A DNA stretch of 64,000 bases from Planctomycetota bacterium (GTDB taxonomy: Bacteria > Planctomycetota > Planctomycetia > Pirellulales > Lacipirellulaceae), in contig JBCCXZ010000003.1 in assembly GCA_039190745.1 (NCBI GenBank), positions 59,760 to 123,759 of the forward strand. The letters run 5' to 3'. Within the stretch, counting starts at the first letter, position 1. Each line of letters begins with the position of its first letter. Below the pieces are notes generated by a model that saw only the letters and a program-made list of their open reading frames with translations, searched no databases and was not told the origin of the DNA. The position numbers and the translations under genes are program-made. This document shows, one piece after another, positions 41,486 to 49,566 of this stretch.

Positions 41486-42253
41486 CTACGCTGCGTCGGG
41501 TTGATGGGCTTCGGCGAGGCGGTCGGCGATGTAGGCGTCGATGGCTTCTCGCCTATCTTCGGGTACTTCAAAGCTGAAGGAGTAGAAGTGCGGCAGGACG
41601 ATTTGCCGCTTGCTTGGAGCGTTCGAGACGGGTTGGATCCGCTTGATTTTGTTCCATGCAAGGAGCCGCTCGCCGTGGACAATGCCGTCGGGGCAGAGCA
41701 GCAGCTCCCGGCCGTGCCTGAGGTAGGCGCAGACGGCCTCCGCGAACCAGTTGACCACGTTGTAAGCCCAAGTGAGCCTTATGTAAGTGAAGAAGATGAA
41801 CCAAAGCCAATAGAAGAGGGCGTCGATTCCGGCCGCTCGCAAGACCGCATCTTCGTAAGTGAACTTATGGATGGCCAGCAAGAGAAAAGGAGAGACTGCA
41901 ACGCCAAGACAGAGCCGTATGGTGAGATACGAGAGGGATCGCGGCTTGTGCCGGGTCTTCGAGCGGTTCAAGAGTCGCCGTGGCGCGGCGACGTCGAACG
42001 CAAGTTCATGGACGGCCCCGCCCGCCTGTTGGACGATCAAACGCCGCTTCCGCTGGTGGTAGTAGGCCAGTGGGGGGCCGAGAATCAGCAGTCCGACCCA
42101 GCAGACAATCATGTAAGTCTGAAGTTCTGGCGAGGCCCACCGGTAGGTGTAGCCCGCGACGGTGGCCATGCAGGCGAAGACGGTGGTCGCGACAAACATC
42201 GAGCGGAGGCTGAAGCGCTCGAACGTTTCGGCGGCGGGGTCGGGCTGCGGCAT
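41486..42253 (-). CDS. Hypothetical membrane protein, paralog B
   Basis: RFSLRS N-terminal motif, about 4 TMs, C-terminal DGIVHG..LAWNKI and IDAYIADRLAE. Confidence 0.75.
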   Translation of the reverse strand: MPQPDPAAETFERFSLRSMFVATTVFACMATVAGYTYRWASPELQTYMIVCWVGLLILGPPLAYYHQRKRRLIVQQAGGAVHELAFDVAAPRRLLNRSKTRHKPRSLSYLTIRLCLGVAVSPFLLLAIHKFTYEDAVLRAAGIDALFYWLWFIFFTYIRLTWAYNVVNWFAEAVCAYLRHGRELLLCPDGIVHGERLLAWNKIKRIQPVSNAPSKRQIVLPHFYSFSFEVPEDRREAIDAYIADRLAEAHQPDAA

Positions 42254-42259
42254 TGAGGG

Positions 42260-42288
42260 CCGGCCCCGGGCGGGTCGCCCGGGGCTAA
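42260..42288 (-). repeat. REP-like palindrome (family 1), copy B
   Basis: Identical 29-mer to 40723-40751, 6 bp upstream of the paralog B start codon. Confidence 0.8.
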
Positions 42289-42384
42289 ATGGGCGTATAT
42301 GCGTGGTTCATTTGAAACGCGGCCGCTTGTGATCAGAATGGAGCCTATCGCCGTTTCTTATCTGGTCCAAACGGATTTCTTTTC

Positions 42385-42741
42385 TTGATGCAGCCCTCGG
42401 TTTTTCTGCGTGACGTGCACGCCTGGCGGTTGATTGCCGCGGGGCTGGTGGTGGTGGTGCTTGCGCAGCTCGTGACCGGCTTGCCGCTGGCGGGGGCGAT
42501 CGCCCTGATTGGCTTTGGGGCCACGCGGCACCTGGGGCTGGCGGCTTCGTGGCCGGTGGCGGCGTGCAACGCACTGGTTTACGCGGGGATCGCGTTCGTG
42601 GCCGTGGGGGCCGAGGCGCACGGCGGGCAGATTGCGCAAGCGATCGTCTTCGTTGACGGCGGGCTCGCGTTCTTGTTGGTAACGGCGACCGTGGCGGAAG
42701 TCGTCCGTTTGGTAGACGGGGCTGCGGCTCCGCGGCGCTAG
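42385..42741 (+). CDS. Small hypothetical membrane protein
   Basis: 118 aa, strongly hydrophobic, 3-4 predicted TMs. Confidence 0.55.
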   Translation: MMQPSVFLRDVHAWRLIAAGLVVVVLAQLVTGLPLAGAIALIGFGATRHLGLAASWPVAACNALVYAGIAFVAVGAEAHGGQIAQAIVFVDGGLAFLLVTATVAEVVRLVDGAAAPRR

Positions 42742-42765
42742 GACGGCTTCTGAGAAGAGCGCGTA

Positions 42766-42811
42766 ATCGGCGTCGGAGACGCCTCCCACAATTGGGGACG
42801 CCTCTGACAAT
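42766..42811 (-). repeat. REP-like palindrome (family 3) plus a degenerate partial tandem copy
   Basis: Minus strand GTGG-GA-GGCGTC-tcc-GACGCC-GAT; adjacent GGGGACGCCTCTGACAAT resembles GGAGACGCCTCCCACAAT; between convergent genes. Confidence 0.5.
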
Positions 42812-42815
42812 CAGG

Positions 42816-45800
42816 TTACTGCCGGGTGCGGTCGCTTGGACGCCAGGCGGTGGACGGTACGGCGGACGGGCGGGTCCGCCAGGCAACGCGTTGCGGGTAG
42901 TGGGGGCCGAGGGCCAGGGCGACCCAGCCGTCGTCGATCACCAGTTGCGTGACCATCATCCCTTTGAGCCGCGGGTCGTTGTGGACGCCGGCGGTGATGA
43001 CGGGGAACTCTTGGTCTTTGCGGATGAGTTTGCCGAAGACGCTGTGCAGCACGATGCGGGGGCCGGTGAGGATCCGCCGGCCGGAGAACTGCAGCGAGCC
43101 GTCGCGGACAAGCTTCACCTGCAAGCCGTCGACGACCGGCTTGAAGCGGGCGTGGACTTGGAATCCGCGGATCTTGTCGCGGCCTTGGCGGAGCTCTTGG
43201 ATGCTGAGCGTGAGCGTCACGCGGTCGTCGTCGCAGCGGATGACGACGGGGTCGTGCTTGGGGAAGGTGATGGTGGCCCGCTCTGGGAGGTCGCTGGGGC
43301 GGCGGCTACCGTCGCGGTGGAGCTGCTTGACCAGCGTGTCGAACAGCTCGGGGGCGGTCATCTTGCGGCCGGCGAGGCTGAGGCCTTCGGCGGCGTTGTT
43401 GAAGGCCGACTCATGCACCTGCAGGCTGGCGAGGCTGTCTGACGGGGCGGCAGGGCGGGCGGTGTGGGCGGCGAGCTGGCGCTCGTCGGCCACGCGGAGC
43501 CGCATGGTGACGCGCTCTTCGGTGGTTTTCATCTCGACCGGCTCGGCGACCAGCGCGAGCGAGCCCAGCGGCCCGAGTACTCGGCTGAAGAACTTCTGCT
43601 CGAGCTTGAGGAGCTTGGGGTCGGCTTCGCTGTTCATGCGGCTGCGTGCCTGCCGGGCGACTTTCGCTTGCACTTCGCTGCGTGCCCGAGCGTTGCGGCG
43701 GCGGTGCTGGTCGCGGGCGGCGTCGCGGACCATCGCGCCCAAGAGGGGCACGCCGTCGAAGCGGGTCTCGACGCCGACCAGTCGGTTGCGCGCCTTGGCC
43801 GAGGCGGTGGCCGGGGCGAGGCGGACGCCGTCGGGGTCGATCGTCATGACCTTCTCGACCTGGTACGTGGCGAAGGAGGAGTTTCGCAGCAACGCGGGCC
43901 AGGTTTCTGAACGGGTGCGTGACCGCACTTCGCCCTGGGCGACGAGGCCGAGCCGCCAGGCGTCTTCGTCGGGCTTGAGGTCGACGCGGAGCTTAGTGGT
44001 GGTGGTGGAGCGGCCGCGGACGGGCGCGCCGGCGACCTCGCCGCGGACGGGGTCGGTCGAGGGCTCGACCGGCGGGACGAGCCGGTTGAGCAGGTCGGCG
44101 GAGACGGCTAGCCTGACGTTGCCGCCCCGGTAGTGCCGGCCGAGGTGGTCGGCGAGGCTGCGGGCTGCGGGGTCGGCGGAGTTGCTGAGGCGTTCCCAGG
44201 CGATGCCCAGGCCCCGGGCTCCTGCGGGTTTGCCGGACTCGTAGTACTCGATGAGCGTCGCGAGGCCGGCGACGCGCACCGGTCCGGCGAGCCACGGCTG
44301 GAGCGAGCGGCCGAGTTCTTGGAGGCGGGGCGAGCGGACAAACCGGCGTTGGGCTTCGTCCATGCCGGGCTGGGTAAGCCGGTTGAGCACGCGGAGGGCG
44401 ATCTCACGGCGGGCTTCGCGGCCTTCGCCCATGCCGGGGGATGCCCAGGCGGAGAGTTCGTCGAGCAGCAGGTAGTCCTGCCAGGCGGCTCCGGCTTCGT
44501 TCTTGGCGAGCAGTTCAGCGACGCCGGCGATGGCTTGGCGGAGCGTTGCGTCGACTGCTTCCTGTTGCTCGGAGGAGAGCGCACCTACCGAGGGCGGCAT
44601 CGCTGGGTCGAGCAGAGGCCGCCAGACGCCGAGGCGGCGGTCGATGGCGGAGGCGGCCTGCATCCAGACTTGCTGGGCGTCGGGGTCGACGACTTCGAGG
44701 GCGGACTCGCGGCCCTCAGCGGCGAGCTCTGCGAGCCGGTCGAGCGCGGGGCCCGCGTCGACGGCGTCGGCTTGCGGGACGCTGGTGAGGAAGTGGAGGC
44801 TCTTGCTGACGCGGGCTGCCCAGTCGGCGCTGGCGGGGATGGAGGCGGCGTCGCGGAGTTGGGCCATCAGCGCGACGGGCGGCTCGGGGAGGAGGCCCGC
44901 GGTGTCGGCGGCCGGCACGGGCTTGGGTTGGGCGGCCGGGCGGCTGCGGGGGTGCGGCTCGGCGGGGGTGACTGGCTGATCGGTTGCGATCACGAGCGGT
45001 TGGTCGGTCGCAATGGCTGTTTGGGGTTCGGCGACCGCGAGTTCGCCATTGTCGTCGCTGGAGAAGGTGCTGTCGTCGCTGGCGAAGGCGTACTCGCCGG
45101 CGGGTTCGCTCGGTTGCGCCGGCCGATTGCGCATCGCGAGGCGGTCGGAAGACGAAGAGACCCGCACCGGGTTGGGCGCCGGCTTCCCTGGCTTTGGCAG
45201 GATGAGCACCGTCGACTTCGGCCGGGCCGCGACGACCGGCGTGGTGGTCGGCTCGGCGGGTAGTTCGTCGGCGGGTTCAACCGTGGGCAACTCAATGGGC
45301 TTGGGCGATTGTTGTGCGGCGACGGGCTGGGCGGCTCCGGCCGCGTGATCGACCGCTGCTTGGTCGACTACTGCTTGGTCGACCATGGCTCCCAGGGCAG
45401 TTCGTAGTCGGATCAGCAGGTCGACGCCGCGGCGGAAATCGGCGGTGATCTCGGGGACCGTGGGCGGGACGACGATCGCTTGCGGCCTTGCCGTTTCCGA
45501 TTCGTTGGCGGCGCGGCGGGCTTCGACGGCGAACGGCAGGTCGGGGACGAGCTCGATCGGGCCGGGCTCGATCGACGCGGCCAGCGGGGCGGGCCCGAGG
45601 GGCAGGCTCGGGCGGGTGACGGTCGCGAAGCTCCGCAGGGCGTCGTGGTGGAGGGGCTTAGCCAGCGGGTTGTCGTCGAACACCAGCAGCGGCTTGTGAG
45701 CGCTCTTGATGGCTGCAGCAACGGCCTGCTGCGGGCGCGGTCCCGCGGCGACGGGGTCTTCTTGGGGGCGCTGCGCCGGTGGCAGAGCGTCCCAGTGTTG

Positions 45801-45899
45801 GGGCGTGTTCCAAGACCGAGGCGCCGCCAGAGCGAAGACGAACAGGCAGGCTGCCGCCCCGATGAGACGCCAGTCTGGGCCACTCCGTTTGCCGTGCAT
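42816..45899 (-). CDS. Large membrane-anchored hypothetical protein
   Basis: About 1027 aa: N-terminal TM, Pro/Ala-rich linker, helical middle, beta-rich C-terminal half; strong GC3 bias. Confidence 0.8.
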   Translation of the reverse strand: MHGKRSGPDWRLIGAAACLFVFALAAPRSWNTPQHWDALPPAQRPQEDPVAAGPRPQQAVAAAIKSAHKPLLVFDDNPLAKPLHHDALRSFATVTRPSLPLGPAPLAASIEPGPIELVPDLPFAVEARRAANESETARPQAIVVPPTVPEITADFRRGVDLLIRLRTALGAMVDQAVVDQAAVDHAAGAAQPVAAQQSPKPIELPTVEPADELPAEPTTTPVVAARPKSTVLILPKPGKPAPNPVRVSSSSDRLAMRNRPAQPSEPAGEYAFASDDSTFSSDDNGELAVAEPQTAIATDQPLVIATDQPVTPAEPHPRSRPAAQPKPVPAADTAGLLPEPPVALMAQLRDAASIPASADWAARVSKSLHFLTSVPQADAVDAGPALDRLAELAAEGRESALEVVDPDAQQVWMQAASAIDRRLGVWRPLLDPAMPPSVGALSSEQQEAVDATLRQAIAGVAELLAKNEAGAAWQDYLLLDELSAWASPGMGEGREARREIALRVLNRLTQPGMDEAQRRFVRSPRLQELGRSLQPWLAGPVRVAGLATLIEYYESGKPAGARGLGIAWERLSNSADPAARSLADHLGRHYRGGNVRLAVSADLLNRLVPPVEPSTDPVRGEVAGAPVRGRSTTTTKLRVDLKPDEDAWRLGLVAQGEVRSRTRSETWPALLRNSSFATYQVEKVMTIDPDGVRLAPATASAKARNRLVGVETRFDGVPLLGAMVRDAARDQHRRRNARARSEVQAKVARQARSRMNSEADPKLLKLEQKFFSRVLGPLGSLALVAEPVEMKTTEERVTMRLRVADERQLAAHTARPAAPSDSLASLQVHESAFNNAAEGLSLAGRKMTAPELFDTLVKQLHRDGSRRPSDLPERATITFPKHDPVVIRCDDDRVTLTLSIQELRQGRDKIRGFQVHARFKPVVDGLQVKLVRDGSLQFSGRRILTGPRIVLHSVFGKLIRKDQEFPVITAGVHNDPRLKGMMVTQLVIDDGWVALALGPHYPQRVAWRTRPSAVPSTAWRPSDRTRQ

Positions 45900-46168
45900 C
45901 GATGGGGGTGCCTCTTGCTGGATGACCGGCCTCGGCGCGTGGTCGTGGCAGTTGTCTGGCGGCAGGTACGCAGTTGCGCAGCGGCCGCGGCTCCGCGGGG
46001 GCGGCCTCGGGGGTAGAAATCGGAGGATTGGGCGGACAGTCTGCACGGAGACTGGTGGAAGCGGTAAAGTCAATGCTAGCGCTGGGGTGGAGTATCGGCT
46101 TTCCACCGTCCGGATTGCGGTTTAGGTAAACCGCGTCGGGTTTGCGTGCAAACAACGGGGGTGCGAGA

Positions 46169-47401
46169 GTGTCGACACGAACGTCGTCTGAACCAACGCC
46201 GGCGGTGATGCCCGACGGACGGGCCGAGAAGCTATTGCTGCAGCTGCTGAGCATCCCCGGGGGCAGCGGCGACGAGGCGGCCGTGGCTGCCTTCGTCGCG
46301 GCGCAGCTGCGTGAGAACGGGGCCGATGCTAACTCGATCGTTGACGACGGGGCGAACCGGCGATCGGCACACGGCGGGACGACGGGGAATCTGGTTTTCA
46401 AGCTGGCCGGCACGAGGCGGGCGCCGCGGCGGATGCTGTCGGCGCACCTGGACACGGTGCCGATTTGCGTGGGGTCGAAGGTGCGCCGCGGGAAGGGGTT
46501 TCTGGAGTCGGCCGACCCCGAGCGGGGGATCGGCGCCGACAACCGGGCGGGCGTAGCGGTGCTGCTAGCGACGGCCATCGATCTGCTTCAGAGTGCTCCC
46601 GCTGGAGGACGGCCAAAGCATGGGCCGCTGACGTTCCTGTGGACGGTGCAGGAAGAGATCGGCCTGCATGGGGCGCGGAACGTGCGCGCCGGTGCGTTGG
46701 GCAAGCCGAAGCTGGCGTTCAATTTCGACGGCGGCGCTGCGAACAAGCTGGTGGTGGGGGCCACGGGCGGGTACCGGATGGACATTTACGTGACCGGCAA
46801 GGCGAGCCACGCCGGCAACCACCCTGAGCGGGGCGTGAGCGCGATTGCCATTGCGGCGCGGGCGGTCGCGGACCTCCACGAGAATGGCTGGCATGGCCTT
46901 ATCGAGAAGGGCCGCCGGCGGGGCACGAGCAACGTCGGCGTCATCCACGGCGGGGCGGCGACCAACGTGGTGACCGACGCGGTCCGCTTGGCCGCCGAGG
47001 CGCGGAGCCACGACCCGAAGTTCCGCGAGCGGATCGTCTCCCAGATCGAGAAGGCGTTCCGCCGTGCCGCCAAGGCGGTGCGGAGCGTCGACGGCGCGTG
47101 CGGGGCGGTCCGGTTCGAAGGGCGGCTCGACTACGAGTCGTTCCGCCTGCCGCAGGACGACCCGTCGCTGGCGGCGGCCTCGGCGGTGGTGCGTGCCGAG
47201 GGCCTGGACCCCGAGCAGGCGATCGCTAACGGCGGACTGGACGCGAACTGGCTTTCCGAGCGGGTTGTGCCGACGGTGTCGCTGGGGTGCGGTCAGCAGA
47301 ACATCCACACGGTCGACGAGCGGCTGGACCTGGCGGAGTTCCACCGGGCGCGGCGGATCGCGATGCGGTTGGCACTTGGCCCCTTGGCTGCAGAGGAGTA
47401 A
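46169..47401 (+). CDS. M20/M25/M40 family metallopeptidase (peptidase T-like)
   Basis: SAHLDTVP, GADNRAG, QEEIGL.G, GKASHAG.HPE.G, GGLDAN, HTVDE; start uncertain. Confidence 0.9.
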   Translation: MSTRTSSEPTPAVMPDGRAEKLLLQLLSIPGGSGDEAAVAAFVAAQLRENGADANSIVDDGANRRSAHGGTTGNLVFKLAGTRRAPRRMLSAHLDTVPICVGSKVRRGKGFLESADPERGIGADNRAGVAVLLATAIDLLQSAPAGGRPKHGPLTFLWTVQEEIGLHGARNVRAGALGKPKLAFNFDGGAANKLVVGATGGYRMDIYVTGKASHAGNHPERGVSAIAIAARAVADLHENGWHGLIEKGRRRGTSNVGVIHGGAATNVVTDAVRLAAEARSHDPKFRERIVSQIEKAFRRAAKAVRSVDGACGAVRFEGRLDYESFRLPQDDPSLAAASAVVRAEGLDPEQAIANGGLDANWLSERVVPTVSLGCGQQNIHTVDERLDLAEFHRARRIAMRLALGPLAAEE

Positions 47402-47405
47402 CGCG

Positions 47406-47678
47406 ATGGAACCCAACGACGAGCTGTGCCTGTGCTTCCACGTGACGAAGCGGAAGGTGCAGAACTACGTGCGGATCGAGAAGCCCAAGCGGGTAGGGCA
47501 GCTCGCGGACTGCTACGGAGCCGGGACGGGGTGCGGCTGGTGCCGGCCATTTTTGGAGAAGATTTTTGAAGCGGCGGGCGGCGAGGCGGCGGGCCTGCCG
47601 GACGCGGAGGACTACGCAGCGGAGCGGGGGGACTACATCAAAGCGGGGAAGGGGACCCCGCCGGGGGGCAAGAGTTAA
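47406..47678 (+). CDS. BFD-like [2Fe-2S]-binding protein
   Basis: MEPNDELCLCFHV...GAGTGCGWC (C-x-C ... C-x2-C); GAGGAG upstream. Confidence 0.85.
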   Translation: MEPNDELCLCFHVTKRKVQNYVRIEKPKRVGQLADCYGAGTGCGWCRPFLEKIFEAAGGEAAGLPDAEDYAAERGDYIKAGKGTPPGGKS

Positions 47679-47934
47679 TGAACCAAGAGGCTGGCCTGCC
47701 ACGTTAGCGCTAGTTCAGCAGCTTACCCCCATCAACGAGTTTGTCAGTTCGAGAATCATGTAAGCACAAGTAGCTGGCGGTGGATTGCTAATAGGAATGC
47801 CGAATTAGTTTTGTGGTTGACCGCTCAAGCACAGTTGATTTATGCGACAGCACATGCGGTATTGCGACTCTAAAGAAATGGCAAAAAAAATTATCACGCC
47901 CCTTTTACTCTGGAGTCGCAGCCGCTATTTTGCT

Positions 47935-48004
47935 TGCAACTGAGACTCAATAACCAGAGCTTGTTGCTGCCTAATCGCACCAAGCTTTGTGTGACTGAAT
48001 CTCA
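47935..48004 (+). promoter_or_regulatory. Two candidate Fur-family-like operator boxes
   Basis: TGCAACTGAGACTCA (47935-47949) and TGTGACTGAATCTCA (47990-48004) resemble a 7-1-7 TGAGAnTnAnTCTCA palindrome in an AT-rich intergenic region. Confidence 0.35.
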
Positions 48005-48283
48005 AGCCTTGAGAATTCTTCTTCGAAGTAGCCCGTCACGAGGCCTCTGCCTCGCAGCTAGCCACTCCAAGCGATGATTGCGTCGCTGAGCGTACGCAAT
48101 CTCCGCAACGGAACCAAGGCAACTAGTGGCTTCAATCTCGTTTATCACAACAAGGCTGGTGGCCGCGATCTGATTATGGATTCGCTAGGCCATTGGTGTG
48201 ATGTCTTGCCTTGCACGTGGTAAACGGTCCTATGTTGCGACGCCTGCTGTAGGCGTTACAGATCACCTATGGAGGAGACCTAA

Positions 48284-49336
48284 ATGTCTACGCGTAGTGT
48301 TTTGAGATCGTTGTTACTGTCCACAGCACTTGTGACCAAGGTATTGACCGGCTCGCTGGCGGTTGCTGATTCTGCTGTTATTAGTTTCACAGCCGATGTA
48401 GCGACTTATTCCGGTACGCCCGCCCTCGATCCGTTCAACAATGGCGGCGGGGGCTTGCCCTCGGCTCCCTTCGCGCTGATTAACGGCCTGGGCGGATTCG
48501 CCGGGCTTGCGAGCCCAGATTGGGCGCGGTTCTCGGGTCAGATCTACATCCCGGATTTCGCGGGTGACGGTACGTACACCATCTCGCCGACCAACGGGGT
48601 CGGTGGCGTTTACCTGCATTCGCCGCTCCTGAACCGCATCGAAGCGGTCTCGTTGCGGACGGAAGGGCCGCTGACCCCGGCATCGCTTTCGGCGGGCGCG
48701 GGCAGGGCTGACGGCGCACCCACCCAGAACCGCGATGATATCTACCTGCCCGACTTTACCCCCAACGGGGTCGCGATCGTTACGATCAACGGTGACGATG
48801 TCTCGATCGACTACGAACTCGACTTCTCGTCCCTGCCGGACGAGAACGCGGCGTTCTTGAGGAACGGGGTCACCCCCACGCAGATCGGCGATATCCTGGT
48901 GGCCGAGGGGCAAAAGTTCGGCTCCATCGGCGTGGTCGGAAGCGGGACATCGGTCAAGCAGTCGGCCGTCATCGGGTCGGGCGGGGAAGACGACTTTCCC
49001 TACGGCGGGTTTAATCTGTTCGACGCGGTTGCCTCGGGCAACCTGTCCAACACGATCCTGCCCACGACACGCGGGGTGATCGACAACGAAATCGCGGCGA
49101 ACAATATCTCGGAAGACGGGATGCAGACCGGGACCGCGAGCCCTGTGTTCTTCACCGACCCGTTTGCCGGGGAGTCGGGCACGACGTTCTTTTACGACTT
49201 GACGGGCGGCCCCGACCTGGACGCCTCGATTGCTCTGGTGCCGATACCCGAGCCGGGCGCCGCGGTCCTGTTGCTGCTGGGCGTCGCCGCGGCTGCCGCT
49301 CGTCGCGGCCGGGGCGTCCGTGACGCTGTTGTGTAG
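48284..49336 (+). CDS. Secreted PEP-CTERM protein of unknown function
   Basis: GGAGGAG RBS, signal peptide, Gly/Asp-rich beta-type body, IPEP + TM + RRGRG. Confidence 0.85.
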   Translation: MSTRSVLRSLLLSTALVTKVLTGSLAVADSAVISFTADVATYSGTPALDPFNNGGGGLPSAPFALINGLGGFAGLASPDWARFSGQIYIPDFAGDGTYTISPTNGVGGVYLHSPLLNRIEAVSLRTEGPLTPASLSAGAGRADGAPTQNRDDIYLPDFTPNGVAIVTINGDDVSIDYELDFSSLPDENAAFLRNGVTPTQIGDILVAEGQKFGSIGVVGSGTSVKQSAVIGSGGEDDFPYGGFNLFDAVASGNLSNTILPTTRGVIDNEIAANNISEDGMQTGTASPVFFTDPFAGESGTTFFYDLTGGPDLDASIALVPIPEPGAAVLLLLGVAAAAARRGRGVRDAVV

Positions 49337-49352
49337 ACGCCATTCGGTTTCT

Positions 49353-49397
49353 TTCCGGCGGCGGGGCGGCGCGTCAGGCGCGGCCCTGCTGCCGGAA
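49353..49397. terminator. GC-rich hairpin between convergent genes (possible terminator)
   Basis: TTCCGGCGGCGGG ... CCCTGCTGCCGGAA inverted repeat 17 nt after the stop codon. Confidence 0.4.
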
Positions 49398-49566
49398 GGA
49401 GTTTTCGCCGCACTTTAATATGGGGCCGGAACCGTGTGCCCGGCGGCCGTGCGACCGCCGGACGCAGAGGCTTTCGCGGCGGAGTGGGATGAGTAGGCCA
49501 AAGAGGGGAAGGGGAACCCGCCGAGGGGGATCGCGCCGCGGCGACGGCGGAACGGCCCCCGCATTG

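Noticed and set aside
42338..42388. 16-codon ORF MEPIAVSYLVQTDFFS ending in a T-rich tract just before the 42385 ORF (possible frameshift)
   Set aside because: Cannot be supported without homologs; the downstream ORF has its own start
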